Positions 48,746-57,249 of a stretch of DNA of 64,000 bases are shown here, in pieces (position 1 is the stretch's first letter; every line of letters begins with the position of its first letter). Position numbers and translations under genes: made by a program. The notes under the pieces are model-generated. The model had not been told where the DNA came from and ran no database searches. It worked only from the letters and a program-made list of their open reading frames with translations. This stretch comes from an uncultured virus (IMG/VR IMGVR_UViG_3300025018_000159) (taxonomy: Duplodnaviria > Heunggongvirae > Uroviricota > Caudoviricetes), in the IMG/VR virus record IMGVR_UViG_3300025018_000159; one strand, 5' to 3'.

Positions 48746-49677
48746 ACGTTCACCCTTGTTGCTGCAATCACCCTGCAATTCTCGCTCACGGACATGATGC
48801 GGGAGCCGCAGGAGCTTAGGCGAATATCCTGACCGACCCGCGTAGCGAAGTCGATGTTTTTCTTGCTAATCAGAAAGCTACACTTCCCGATGAATACCTC
48901 GCCCAACACCCCCTCCATGTCGTCGCCAATGTAAGTGACACAACCATCCTCAAAACGGAACTTTTCGCACTGGATGGCGTGGAGGTCGTCGGCGAGATTC
49001 TTGACCAAACCGCAGTCCGTCCACTTGTCCTTGAAGAGGTTCGACGTGTCAATCATCTGCTCTGCGATACAGAGGCTGGTGAGTGAGCTTCCATCGGCGA
49101 AGAACACCTTAACCATGCGCCCGTCAGAACTAACCCCCGTCACCGGGGAGGTGAATTTGACGATTGCCTTGCACGTCTCCAGGGGCAGGTTGAACTCCAG
49201 ATCCTCATCCACACCACTGACGGCACTCACGATGATGACACTGTTTGTGGACTCCATCACCCCGTTTCGGAAAGACACACCCTGTGCCCATGGGCGAGGA
49301 CTTTCAGGGTCAATCACGTCAGCACACAGCTTCAGCAGCCCCATGTCCAGTTCGCATGGTGTGGCCTGTCCCAGCACGTCCAGCGTAGCCATCTCATCCG
49401 CATCCAGATACGGGATCGAAAGCTTCTCCTTGCCCTCCTTGAGCACGAGCTTGTTCTTCTGGAGCGTGTAGGAGACAACCTTCCTGGGCTTGCGGAAAAA
49501 CACCGCTGCCTTGGATGGGCTGAAGCAGGCTTTGATGTCCACCTCCACCGGAACCCGGATACAGAACGTCCCGCCGAAAGCGACCATGAAGCCGTCTTCG
49601 AGCTTCACCATTGAAGCGGTGGGGGAAGGTGCGGAAGGGTTGAGCGCAAGGGAGCAGAGGGCTAGGGCTGATTTCAT
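48742..49677 (-). CDS. DNA sliding clamp (beta-clamp)-like protein
   Basis: 311 aa; RPWAQGVSF...MESTNSVII parallels the DnaN pattern RPxLxGV...xATDGHRL; coupled to polA. Confidence 0.55.
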   Translation of the reverse strand: MKSALALCSLALNPSAPSPTASMVKLEDGFMVAFGGTFCIRVPVEVDIKACFSPSKAAVFFRKPRKVVSYTLQKNKLVLKEGKEKLSIPYLDADEMATLDVLGQATPCELDMGLLKLCADVIDPESPRPWAQGVSFRNGVMESTNSVIIVSAVSGVDEDLEFNLPLETCKAIVKFTSPVTGVSSDGRMVKVFFADGSSLTSLCIAEQMIDTSNLFKDKWTDCGLVKNLADDLHAIQCEKFRFEDGCVTYIGDDMEGVLGEVFIGKCSFLISKKNIDFATRVGQDIRLSSCGSRIMSVSENCRVIAATRVNV

Positions 49678-49907
49678 TTTGATGCAGTTTTTGGTCTTTC
49701 GATGTCGCCGGAGCTTGTAGCCTCCCAGTCTCCGCTATCCCAATTTTTGGTGATTGCGAAGCACTCGGGGTGCGCGTGACTGGTGCCGAATCCAATGCCG
49801 TTCACAAGCCACGTCCACCGCTCACAAGGTTCACCCTTGAGGATGAGTTCGTTACAGAGGCGGCACCTGTGGTCTTTGCGCGGGATGCACAAGGAGTCGG
49901 CTTTCAT
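49674..49907 (-). CDS. Small zinc-finger protein
   Basis: RKDHRCRLC...I.KGE...HPEC. Confidence 0.7.
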   Translation of the reverse strand: MKADSLCIPRKDHRCRLCNELILKGEPCERWTWLVNGIGFGTSHAHPECFAITKNWDSGDWEATSSGDIERPKTASK

Positions 49908-50107
49908 TCCAGTATCAGGTCAAGCTCCGAACCATGCCTTGCCAGCGCGATCCCACCGACCACTTCCACGAGCCTGAAGTCACACCCCCTGAGTGTGGCT
50001 ATCGCCTTGTCGAGTATCCCGGTTTCCTCCTTGCTGTATAGTTTGGTAATTAGGCGGTAGCCTAGTTTCTCTGCTTGTGCTTCTGTTACAGTATCGTATT
50101 TGTTCAT
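49904..50107 (-). CDS. Hypothetical protein
   Basis: 67 aa; AACGACA before the ATG. Confidence 0.7.
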   Translation of the reverse strand: MNKYDTVTEAQAEKLGYRLITKLYSKEETGILDKAIATLRGCDFRLVEVVGGIALARHGSELDLILE

Positions 50108-50127
50108 TGTCGTTGTTGTTATTGAGA

Positions 50128-51738
50128 TTATTTGTTGAAGTCACACCCAATCACATTGGAGTGCTCTCCGGCGATGTCCACGCGGATGATGTCCGGGACA
50201 CGAAGCTCGTCCTTTGCCCGTGCCGCAGCTTCCTCGCTGGTCTTTGGACAAGGTAGTTCCCCGCCCCTGAATGTCCACCAGTTTTCCCATCTATTTTTGC
50301 CGTAGGGCGCTTCAGGGAAAAGGGCTTCCTTGTGGGAACTCACACCTGTCATATACGTCACCCTGAAGTAGGGCGCAAGGGTCTTCTTGGCGATCTTTTC
50401 CTGGTAGAGGATACCCCGGACAGGGTGCTCGACGATGACGCAGGCGGGGGTGTCCGTGACTTTAAGAATAGCGTCGGTGCCAGCGGTCTTCTTGATGGTG
50501 GATGGAGGGGGGAACACATAACCGCAATCTGGGCACACCACAGTGCGTGTGTGAAGATAGGAGTAGCACTGAGGACACTCCTTAACTGGAGCCTCACCTT
50601 TCACTTCATCCCCCTTGCGCCTTGGCTGGGGAACCACTGGATCATTTACCGGGCCGAGACGGCGGGTATTCCCAGCAAAGTCAAGAACTAAGCCATCTTT
50701 TTTATTAGGTGCTCTTCTAGTTAGACGAACACAGCCTTGAACCCACAGCGCCACAGACTGGGTTGCCCGTGCCCACGCCAAGAGATCCAGCTCAGGAAAA
50801 TCCCAACCACGGCCATAGAGGCCGCAGTTCACCAGCACCCTGTATTCCCCGGCACGGAAAGCAGCCTCTGACTGTTCCCTGAAGCGCATGTCGTCCTCAC
50901 CGGACAACATGACTGCTGGGATGCCTTTCGAGTTGAAAAGCTTCGCCAACTTGTGGCCGTGCTTCACACCGGAGCTAAACACGAGCCAATGCTTCCTATC
51001 GTGACCGTAGCGGATGCACTCCTCGACCACAGCACGATTCAACTCATCGGTATCAGCTACGGCTTCCAGGGATTTCTGATCGAACTCGCCGCCCTTCATG
51101 GCGACATTTTGAACGTCGATTTCAGTGCAGGCTTTCTTCGTGACCAGTGGGGAGAGGAAGCCGTTGTTTACAAACCAGTTGAACTTCTCCGCCTTTGTCA
51201 AGTCGATAATTATCCTGTCCCACAGGTCTGAGTTTGTCAGGCAACCTGTCCCCCTACGATAAGGGGTCGCGGTAAAGCCAAGAATACGGACATTCGGGTT
51301 CAACTCTCTAACAGAACTGACTAGCTTCATGTATAACGTCTCCTCTTTCGGTGAGACCAGATCACACTCGTCGATAAAGATCACGTTCCACTTTCCCAGC
51401 TCATTGATGCGCTTTGCCACAGACTGGATGCCTGCGAAGATTATGGGGTGTTTGGTGTCCCTGCGGTTGAGGCCGGAGGAATAGATCCCTGCCGGAGCCT
51501 GTGGCCAGAACTTCAGCATGGATTCGCAGTTCTGGTTGATGACCTTGGCGTCATGGACTAAGGAGAGCACGCGGGTTCCTGGCCACTTGGTGACAAGCTG
51601 CTTGATGACGCGATTCATCGTGTGGCTTTTACCTGTGCCACCGGGGGAGGCAACTACACCGTTGCCTGTATGTTCAAACAAGTGTTCGAAACAGGCGTTG
51701 TAGATGTCCTCTTGATATTGTCGGTCTTGATAGCTCAT
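50128..51738 (-). CDS. SF2 DExD/H helicase (RadD-like) with zinc ribbon
   Basis: GGTGKS, IDECD, TATPYR, LDFAGN and CPQC...CPDC motifs. Confidence 0.9.
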   Translation of the reverse strand: MSYQDRQYQEDIYNACFEHLFEHTGNGVVASPGGTGKSHTMNRVIKQLVTKWPGTRVLSLVHDAKVINQNCESMLKFWPQAPAGIYSSGLNRRDTKHPIIFAGIQSVAKRINELGKWNVIFIDECDLVSPKEETLYMKLVSSVRELNPNVRILGFTATPYRRGTGCLTNSDLWDRIIIDLTKAEKFNWFVNNGFLSPLVTKKACTEIDVQNVAMKGGEFDQKSLEAVADTDELNRAVVEECIRYGHDRKHWLVFSSGVKHGHKLAKLFNSKGIPAVMLSGEDDMRFREQSEAAFRAGEYRVLVNCGLYGRGWDFPELDLLAWARATQSVALWVQGCVRLTRRAPNKKDGLVLDFAGNTRRLGPVNDPVVPQPRRKGDEVKGEAPVKECPQCYSYLHTRTVVCPDCGYVFPPPSTIKKTAGTDAILKVTDTPACVIVEHPVRGILYQEKIAKKTLAPYFRVTYMTGVSSHKEALFPEAPYGKNRWENWWTFRGGELPCPKTSEEAAARAKDELRVPDIIRVDIAGEHSNVIGCDFNK

Positions 51739-52583
51739 TTAGTTACATCTTTATACTCCCCACAAACCTCCCCAAACTCTCTTCCCTTACCACACACCCA
51801 TGTCCTGTTCTCCCCAGGACTCGCAAACTTGCAAGTCCTACAGCTAACCTCCGAAGCAGCACCCTCGTGACACACGCTGTAAAAATCACAATACTTACAA
51901 GCATACCAGCTTGGGTTATTGGAGACCCTTTCCGGAGGGCTAGTCGCTTCTAAGATGTCCTGTGCCCTGTCCACGAGCTGGCCGAACTGAGCCTTGTTGA
52001 AGGGTATCCACTCCATGTGGAGTTCATCCGTGTTCTTGTTCACAGCGATGAACAGGGCGGCTTTCAGTCCGTTATAGCCACAGTAGAGGATGCACTGGCT
52101 ATAGTATTTGATGTCGGACTTTTTGACGCCTGACTTGACGAGCTGGTTAAAGCGTTTGTCGGAATAGGTTTTATATTCCAGCAGGAAAGGGTGCGGTTTG
52201 CTTCCTTTAACCCAGAACTTCTTCGGAGCCTTGCCCACTCCGTCCATACTTCCAGAAAGGTGCCCCTCGAAGTCCGTGGCTTTAAACTGCTTGCCTTCGG
52301 CGTCTACCTCAAACACGTCGAAGCCGATTCCACGGAGGAAATAGTTGAAGGAGTATTCCTCCAAATGACCTCTACGAAAGAGCCTGAGGATACGTGAAGG
52401 AAAAGACTTCGCGGCCACCTTGCGGAATGAATACCAGATCTCCCGTGTGCATTCACCGCCTAGGGCGCTCATGCCGAGATAGTGGCGCTCCTTGTTTTCG
52501 GGAATCACCATGTGGTGCTCCTCGGGGTGTCCCTCGAAGACGAACTTTTCGATGGCTTGGTGTATAAGTGGTATATTAAGCAT
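51735..52583 (-). CDS. Cas4-like PD-(D/E)XK exonuclease
   Basis: GSMDG, LLEYKT, YYSQ and CKYCDFYSVC, plus an N-terminal Cys. Confidence 0.85.
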   Translation of the reverse strand: MLNIPLIHQAIEKFVFEGHPEEHHMVIPENKERHYLGMSALGGECTREIWYSFRKVAAKSFPSRILRLFRRGHLEEYSFNYFLRGIGFDVFEVDAEGKQFKATDFEGHLSGSMDGVGKAPKKFWVKGSKPHPFLLEYKTYSDKRFNQLVKSGVKKSDIKYYSQCILYCGYNGLKAALFIAVNKNTDELHMEWIPFNKAQFGQLVDRAQDILEATSPPERVSNNPSWYACKYCDFYSVCHEGAASEVSCRTCKFASPGENRTWVCGKGREFGEVCGEYKDVTK

Positions 52584-52983
52584 GGTGTCTATCTTCTAAG
52601 TAAGCCGTAAACACAGCTTTAAAAGTATCGAGGTCATTGACCACAACGGCCAGGTATCCCTCTTCGGTTGCGGTATTCAGAAACGCTTTCTGCTCCGGCT
52701 TGGGTGCTCCCCCGGCTTTCTTCAGTTCCACGTAGAGACCCGCATACTCGCCGGAGCGCAGTGGCAGGAACACGTCAGGAAAGCCAGCGCAGACACCCAT
52801 CATCTTGAGCTTGGAAGCCTCACGCTGGGAGCGCCGACCGCCGTTGGGGCAATGCACGAAGACCTGTGGCTCGTTGGTGTTGTAGAGCGCCTTCTTGCCG
52901 AAACGGGCGCACTCGATCTGGAGGGCGTCTTCGGTTTTCTGCCATGCAAGTTTGGCAGGGAGTCGGAGGTCTATGTAGGGCAT
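52576..52983 (-). CDS. VRR-NUC domain nuclease (resolvase-like)
   Basis: HCPNGG, AGFPDV, YVELK and EQKAF motifs. Confidence 0.9.
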   Translation of the reverse strand: MPYIDLRLPAKLAWQKTEDALQIECARFGKKALYNTNEPQVFVHCPNGGRRSQREASKLKMMGVCAGFPDVFLPLRSGEYAGLYVELKKAGGAPKPEQKAFLNTATEEGYLAVVVNDLDTFKAVFTAYLEDRHHA

Positions 52984-53016
52984 TGTCGTATTAGTAATAA
53001 TCGTCTTCGTCTCCGT

Positions 53017-53367
53017 CTATGATACCATCAAGGATACCGTGCTTGTCAGCAACGCCCATGAAGTATTGCTCCATAGGGTTGTTAATTGCAAACCTAGTTG
53101 GACGACTAAGATCCGGCGCATTCCAGCTTCACGGACAAAGCTGTCGAAGTCCTCAACCACGCCCCACGGGGTGCCCTTGGCCTGCGCTTTGCTCGCGCAC
53201 TCTTCCCGGTGTGTCCGGTATTGACCGAAGTTACAGACCTGATCTGCTGTAAACTGTGGGACTCCCAGAATGTCCCTGTGGCGTGATTTCTGCCCCTTCA
53301 TCACGTAATAGCCTGAAGCTTTCCACTCATCGTAGGAAAGGGCTGTGTCTTCGAGTTCTAGGGGCAT
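53017..53367 (-). CDS. Hypothetical protein (possibly frameshifted near 53128)
   Basis: N-terminus SYDEWKASGYYVMKGQKS; see finding. Confidence 0.6.
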   Translation of the reverse strand: MPLELEDTALSYDEWKASGYYVMKGQKSRHRDILGVPQFTADQVCNFGQYRTHREECASKAQAKGTPWGVVEDFDSFVREAGMRRILVVQLGLQLTTLWSNTSWALLTSTVSLMVS

Positions 53368-53384
53368 TGTCGTTATTTTGAAAG

Positions 53385-53712
53385 TGGGAGCACCTTACGG
53401 GTGCCAGTCGCCAGTCTTTCCTGAAGTCAGATCTCTCTAAACGCTAGAGCACTGCATCCCCCGTATTTCTACGGCTGAGGGGCTTCGAACCCCTTCTTTC
53501 ACCAGATCTCAATCACCGAGCGGGAATCGAACCCGCCTGCTCTTTTATGGTTTTGAACCACACTCGCAGCCACCATCCAAGGCGGGGAATCGAACCCCGA
53601 ACACATCCAATTATGGACGATGACCGCGAGTGTGGTGACAGACTTTAACCCGTCTGTCAGGGGCTGATGACAACCCGAATTTCCGGGACTATCGTGTTCA
53701 GCGGTTGTCTAT
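53385..53712 (-). ncRNA. Unclassified structured RNA region with three T-arm-like hairpins
   Basis: GGTTCGA hairpins at 53583-53599, 53520-53536 and 53478-53494; a 23-bp stem (53557-53579 with 53614-53636) with four G-U pairs on the - strand. Confidence 0.6.
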
Positions 53713-53719
53713 TTTGGGA

Positions 53720-54244
53720 TCACTCCCAAGGCTTCTTCTTGCCTTTTGTCGCAGGGGCGGGAGCTTCTTCCTCTTCGGTTTCCTCCTCTTCGGATTCTTC
53801 CTCTTCGGTCTCCTCCTCTTCCTCCGTTTCCTCCTCTTCCTCGTCACCGCTATACGGCTCGATGGAAGCGATGTTCACGAAGGTCTTGTCGCCCTTCTTG
53901 GTCTCCCTCGCCTCGATGACGACACAGGTGTCGATCAGCTTCTTGAGCTTGGCCTCGTTGAGGTCTCCGGTGTTGCCGGAAGCCTGCCACAGGGTGCGGA
54001 GTTCCTTCTCGGCGATCTCACGGCGCACGTCATTGTCCGCTTCAACAGCGAAGTATGTCTTGCACGTGAAGGTCTCACCGATGAGCGAGAGGCCGACCAC
54101 AATGTGGAAGGATTTCCCGGTCGGGTCGGACTTGACTGGCAACCGCGCAGCGTCCGTGATTCTGTAGGGATGTGCCCCGAGCTTGATGTTGGAAGCTCCA
54201 TCTGAGATGGTTTCCCCTTCGCCTTTCATTAGCCATTTAGCCAT
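53720..54244 (-). CDS. Single-stranded DNA-binding protein-like (DUF669 type)
   Basis: Start MAKWL at 54244; OB-like core, acidic tail ending KKPWE; in the same operon as the Sak4-like gene. Confidence 0.7.
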   Translation of the reverse strand: MAKWLMKGEGETISDGASNIKLGAHPYRITDAARLPVKSDPTGKSFHIVVGLSLIGETFTCKTYFAVEADNDVRREIAEKELRTLWQASGNTGDLNEAKLKKLIDTCVVIEARETKKGDKTFVNIASIEPYSGDEEEEETEEEEETEEEESEEEETEEEEAPAPATKGKKKPWE

Positions 54245-54296
54245 AGTATTGGTGTTGTTGTTGTTTTTTGTTTTTTGTTTTCCGTTAATGGAATTT

Positions 54297-54590
54297 TTAT
54301 GCAGCCTGGAGCTTCCTCTTGGCAAGCTTGGCTGCGTGTTTTTTGCCGACATGCGGCATGTATTTGGAAGTGTGTCGGATGATCTCCTTATGCGGAAGAG
54401 GGCGACCTTCAGGGTCACGGAGGACTTGAAGGCTGTCGTGGTTACGCCACTCTTTCTTTCCCATCTTGTTGATAGACCAGCCCCACAGCCCCTGCTTGCG
54501 GGCACGCTTGGAGTTGGTGTGGATAACTGTGATGTATGCTTTCCGTGGTTCTGGAAGCAGGGGTGTTTCTGTCGTTGCTGATGTGCTCAT
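54297..54590 (-). CDS. Small basic protein
   Basis: 97 aa; ATGA-coupled; SKYMPHVGKK motif. Confidence 0.65.
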   Translation of the reverse strand: MSTSATTETPLLPEPRKAYITVIHTNSKRARKQGLWGWSINKMGKKEWRNHDSLQVLRDPEGRPLPHKEIIRHTSKYMPHVGKKHAAKLAKRKLQAA

Positions 54591-55150
54591 TTGACTATTC
54601 CTTGTTCAATTAGGTGTTTGTGTATTCTAGCGCAGGCTCGAACGTCAGCGAGGGCGTCATGTGCCCCCGTAAAGTCCTCACCAAAGAAGTGGATATGTGC
54701 CTCACTCAGTTTCGGCCACTTGTAACCGCCCCGCTTGTTGCGGATCTTGCAGATGTTCGTTGTGGCGTCCATCGTGCAAAACTGCGGCTTGGTCTCAAGT
54801 ATGTTCTCCCGATCCAGCCTGTCAACTTCAAATCCAACTAATTTTCTATCGAAGTTGATATTGTGGGCGACTACCTGCTCGGCTACCCGGCAGAGGTTGG
54901 AGAACATGGCCATTGCCGTGAGTATGGGTATTCCGAACCGGGAAGCTTTCTCCGTGGAGATTCCGTGGACAGCCGCAGCCCCTGAGCCAACCTCCCAGCC
55001 TGTGGGCTTGATGATCGTGTTCATGGAGGCCAGTTCACCTTCCTCGTCATCGACAAGGATGGCGGCAAGCTGGACGATGTGGGGCTGTTCTGCGAGTGTT
55101 CCGCTATTGGCAAATCCAGTCGTCTCGGTATCAAAATACACCCGGATCAT
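54587..55150 (-). CDS. DnaQ-like DEDDh 3'-5' exonuclease
   Basis: FDTETTG, AHNINFD and AHDALAD motifs. Confidence 0.95.
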   Translation of the reverse strand: MIRVYFDTETTGFANSGTLAEQPHIVQLAAILVDDEEGELASMNTIIKPTGWEVGSGAAAVHGISTEKASRFGIPILTAMAMFSNLCRVAEQVVAHNINFDRKLVGFEVDRLDRENILETKPQFCTMDATTNICKIRNKRGGYKWPKLSEAHIHFFGEDFTGAHDALADVRACARIHKHLIEQGIVK

Positions 55151-55935
55151 CCCTGACGTGCCTCCTTCACAGCAGCGTCAAAGGCTTCCCACGTGAGTTC
55201 AATCTCCGCCTCAAGGCGTCCGTAGACACCACGACCGCCACCAGGGTGTGCCGGGGACTTGCGGGTGAAGAGGTAGTGACCCTCTTCGTCGTTGTCCACA
55301 ACCTTGGCCTTTACGTTTTTCTTGCTGAAGCCCTGGGACTCAAGGCGGATACCGATACTCTTATTTGCGAAGCCAATGAAGTCAGCCCAGCGAACGAGGT
55401 CGTTACCGACTTTCTTGTTGACATCAAACTGGTATTGGTCGTAGCTCTCACGCTCGGGGTCGTGGAATTTCTCAACCTTGACGTGGCCTATGAGAATCGA
55501 GCCGATACCGCACTCACTCCGGAGGTAGTCGAGGATTGTGGTGAGCTTGCCCCACTTGTTGCGGACAGCTTCCGTTCCAGCACCAAATCCTCCGCCGATC
55601 TCGGAGACCAGTGCAACCCCAGCCTCTTGGCAGCAGGACTCGGCGATGAGCACGTCAAGTGTGGTGGCGGAGTCAATCACCACTGTCTTGTATTTCGTAT
55701 CACCCTCGGCGAGGACTTCGAGTGCTGCGACCAGCTCATCAAAGGACTCTGCGACCGGGAAACGATCCACATCAATGTCGTCGATACCTTCCTCGCCCCG
55801 GACGGGGATGAAGACGCAGTTAGGGGCACCAGCGGCGAAGGTGGACTTGCCGATTTTCTCAACCCCGAGGATAATCATCCGGGGTGGGCGGATCACCTTT
55901 TTGTTGGTGATGGATTTAAGGATCATTTTAGACAT
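55147..55935 (-). CDS. Sak4-like (AAA_24) ssDNA-annealing ATPase
   Basis: GVEKIGKST, VVIDS, LIGH and WADFIGF motifs. Confidence 0.85.
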   Translation of the reverse strand: MSKMILKSITNKKVIRPPRMIILGVEKIGKSTFAAGAPNCVFIPVRGEEGIDDIDVDRFPVAESFDELVAALEVLAEGDTKYKTVVIDSATTLDVLIAESCCQEAGVALVSEIGGGFGAGTEAVRNKWGKLTTILDYLRSECGIGSILIGHVKVEKFHDPERESYDQYQFDVNKKVGNDLVRWADFIGFANKSIGIRLESQGFSKKNVKAKVVDNDEEGHYLFTRKSPAHPGGGRGVYGRLEAEIELTWEAFDAAVKEARQG

Positions 55936-55967
55936 ATCGTTGTTTTTCTTTTTGTTGTTTAGGAGAG

Positions 55968-56376
55968 TGGTGGAGCTAAGGGGAGTCGAACCCCTGTCCG
56001 TAACCGCGTTATTAACATTTTCTACAAGCTTAGACCTTTATGGAGTCACTCAAGGGCGTCCGGTTAGGGACGCCTCCACCACCCGGTCTTTACGGCGACG
56101 GGTTCCGTTGTTTGCCTCACTGTTTCAGGTCATCCGCCCGGAGGCGCGGCTTAGGATGATCTTGCCCGGTTTGTTTCTCACCGCAGCGCGGGCGTTTCGG
56201 TGAGCGTGTTTTGCTTAGGCTACGAGAGCAAGCTCACCCTGAGGTGCGCTGCGTCCGAAGATTCCGCGAATGACGTTGATGCCATTTGAACTTTGAGCGG
56301 CTTTTTAAGAGGCCAGCCGATCAACCTCTACTTGCTTATGTTAATTTTTCAGTTACGTCGAAACCAGTATAGCCCC
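55968..56376 (-). ncRNA. ssrA: tmRNA; predicted tag (A)GINVIRGIFGRSAPQGELALVA
   Basis: 5' GGGGCTATACTGGTTTCGAC and 3' GACAGGGGTTCGACTCCCCTTAGCTCCACCA; G3-U alanine determinant; tag ORF 56283-56215. Confidence 0.97.
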
Positions 56377-56519
56377 TTTGTTGTAGATTAAAATTAAAAT
56401 GGATGTGCTAATTATGCCAAAAGGTTAAGCTCACTTTCTCGCCCCGGTCGCTGTCGCGCCTTTGCTCATACCTACTCCTTAGATGATGCCTTTCTGGGGC
56501 GACATTTCCATTGTTGAGA

Positions 56520-56900
56520 TTATTTGAAGTCCACACTCGGTGGCCCTGCCGTCACGTTGACGAATTTTGAAACCCTGTCAACCAGCTTTTTGAAAGCCGA
56601 CGTTTTGACACGCGGGCTGAAGCTGAGTAGTTCGCCGTATGCTTCCGGATCTTCCTCATGGAGGAGGTCGGCGTCGGCTGTGGTGATGGAGTAGTTGAGC
56701 GTGCGCTTGATGGCAAGCTTCAGTCCATCGACGGTGATCGTCTTGGAACCCTCTTCACCATTGTGGAAGGAATCGGCGATCCATGTGCGGATGGCAATCT
56801 CTTCCTCGCGGGCTTGGTTCTGGACGATACGGAGTTCGCTAAGTCTTTCCTTAGCATCGAGCAGTTGCTCTTGTGTTGGTAATTTTGTTTTCTTGGCCAT
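56520..56900 (-). CDS. Conserved phage protein of recombination modules
   Basis: 126 aa; coiled coil then EEGSKTIT...GPPSVDFK; first gene of the operon. Confidence 0.75.
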   Translation of the reverse strand: MAKKTKLPTQEQLLDAKERLSELRIVQNQAREEEIAIRTWIADSFHNGEEGSKTITVDGLKLAIKRTLNYSITTADADLLHEEDPEAYGELLSFSPRVKTSAFKKLVDRVSKFVNVTAGPPSVDFK

Positions 56901-57024
56901 TGTCGTTGTCGTTGTTTTTCTTGCTGACGAGAGGAGTAAAACACGGGTGAGAAAACTTGTCTAGCATTTTTCTCAATTTTTTTTGTTCCTTGCCAAATCT
57001 GGGTTTCCGGCGTAGAAAGCGCCC

Positions 57025-57249
57025 ATGTCCGAAAACGCTACAGCAGTCATGCGGAGACTGCGAGAACAAATTTCCAAGCCCGAGATCAATCTCTTGGCAC
57101 TGGCACGGGGGAGCAAAGTCAGCTACGACAAGCTGCGCCGTCTGAAGCTTGATGATAGTCCGCTATCTGTCGCCGACGCAGAAACCCTTCACATCTTCCT
57201 AACAGGAAAAACCTTTATCGCCACACCTGATGCTCCACAACATTCCTGA
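57025..57249 (+). CDS. Small Cro-like HTH protein
   Basis: LLALARGSKVSYDKLRRL; follows TTGCCA-N17-TAGAAA in a divergent promoter region. Confidence 0.6.
   Translation: MSENATAVMRRLREQISKPEINLLALARGSKVSYDKLRRLKLDDSPLSVADAETLHIFLTGKTFIATPDAPQHS

Noticed and set aside
51735..52583. CRISPR-Cas system suggested by the Cas4-like gene
   Set aside because: No array or other cas genes; solo Cas4-like nucleases are common in phage recombination modules.
53664..53712. Hammerhead ribozyme suggested by CTGATGA on the + strand
   Set aside because: No GAAA after the candidate stem II and no cleavage-site stem.
53720..54505. 261-aa extended start for the SSB-like ORF
   Set aside because: The extension overlaps ORF 54297-54590; ATG 54244 has the A/C-rich leader.
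56400..56512. Possible further structured RNA upstream of the tmRNA (TCGCCCC/GGGGCGA stem)
   Set aside because: Only short stems and no recognisable motif, so too little support.
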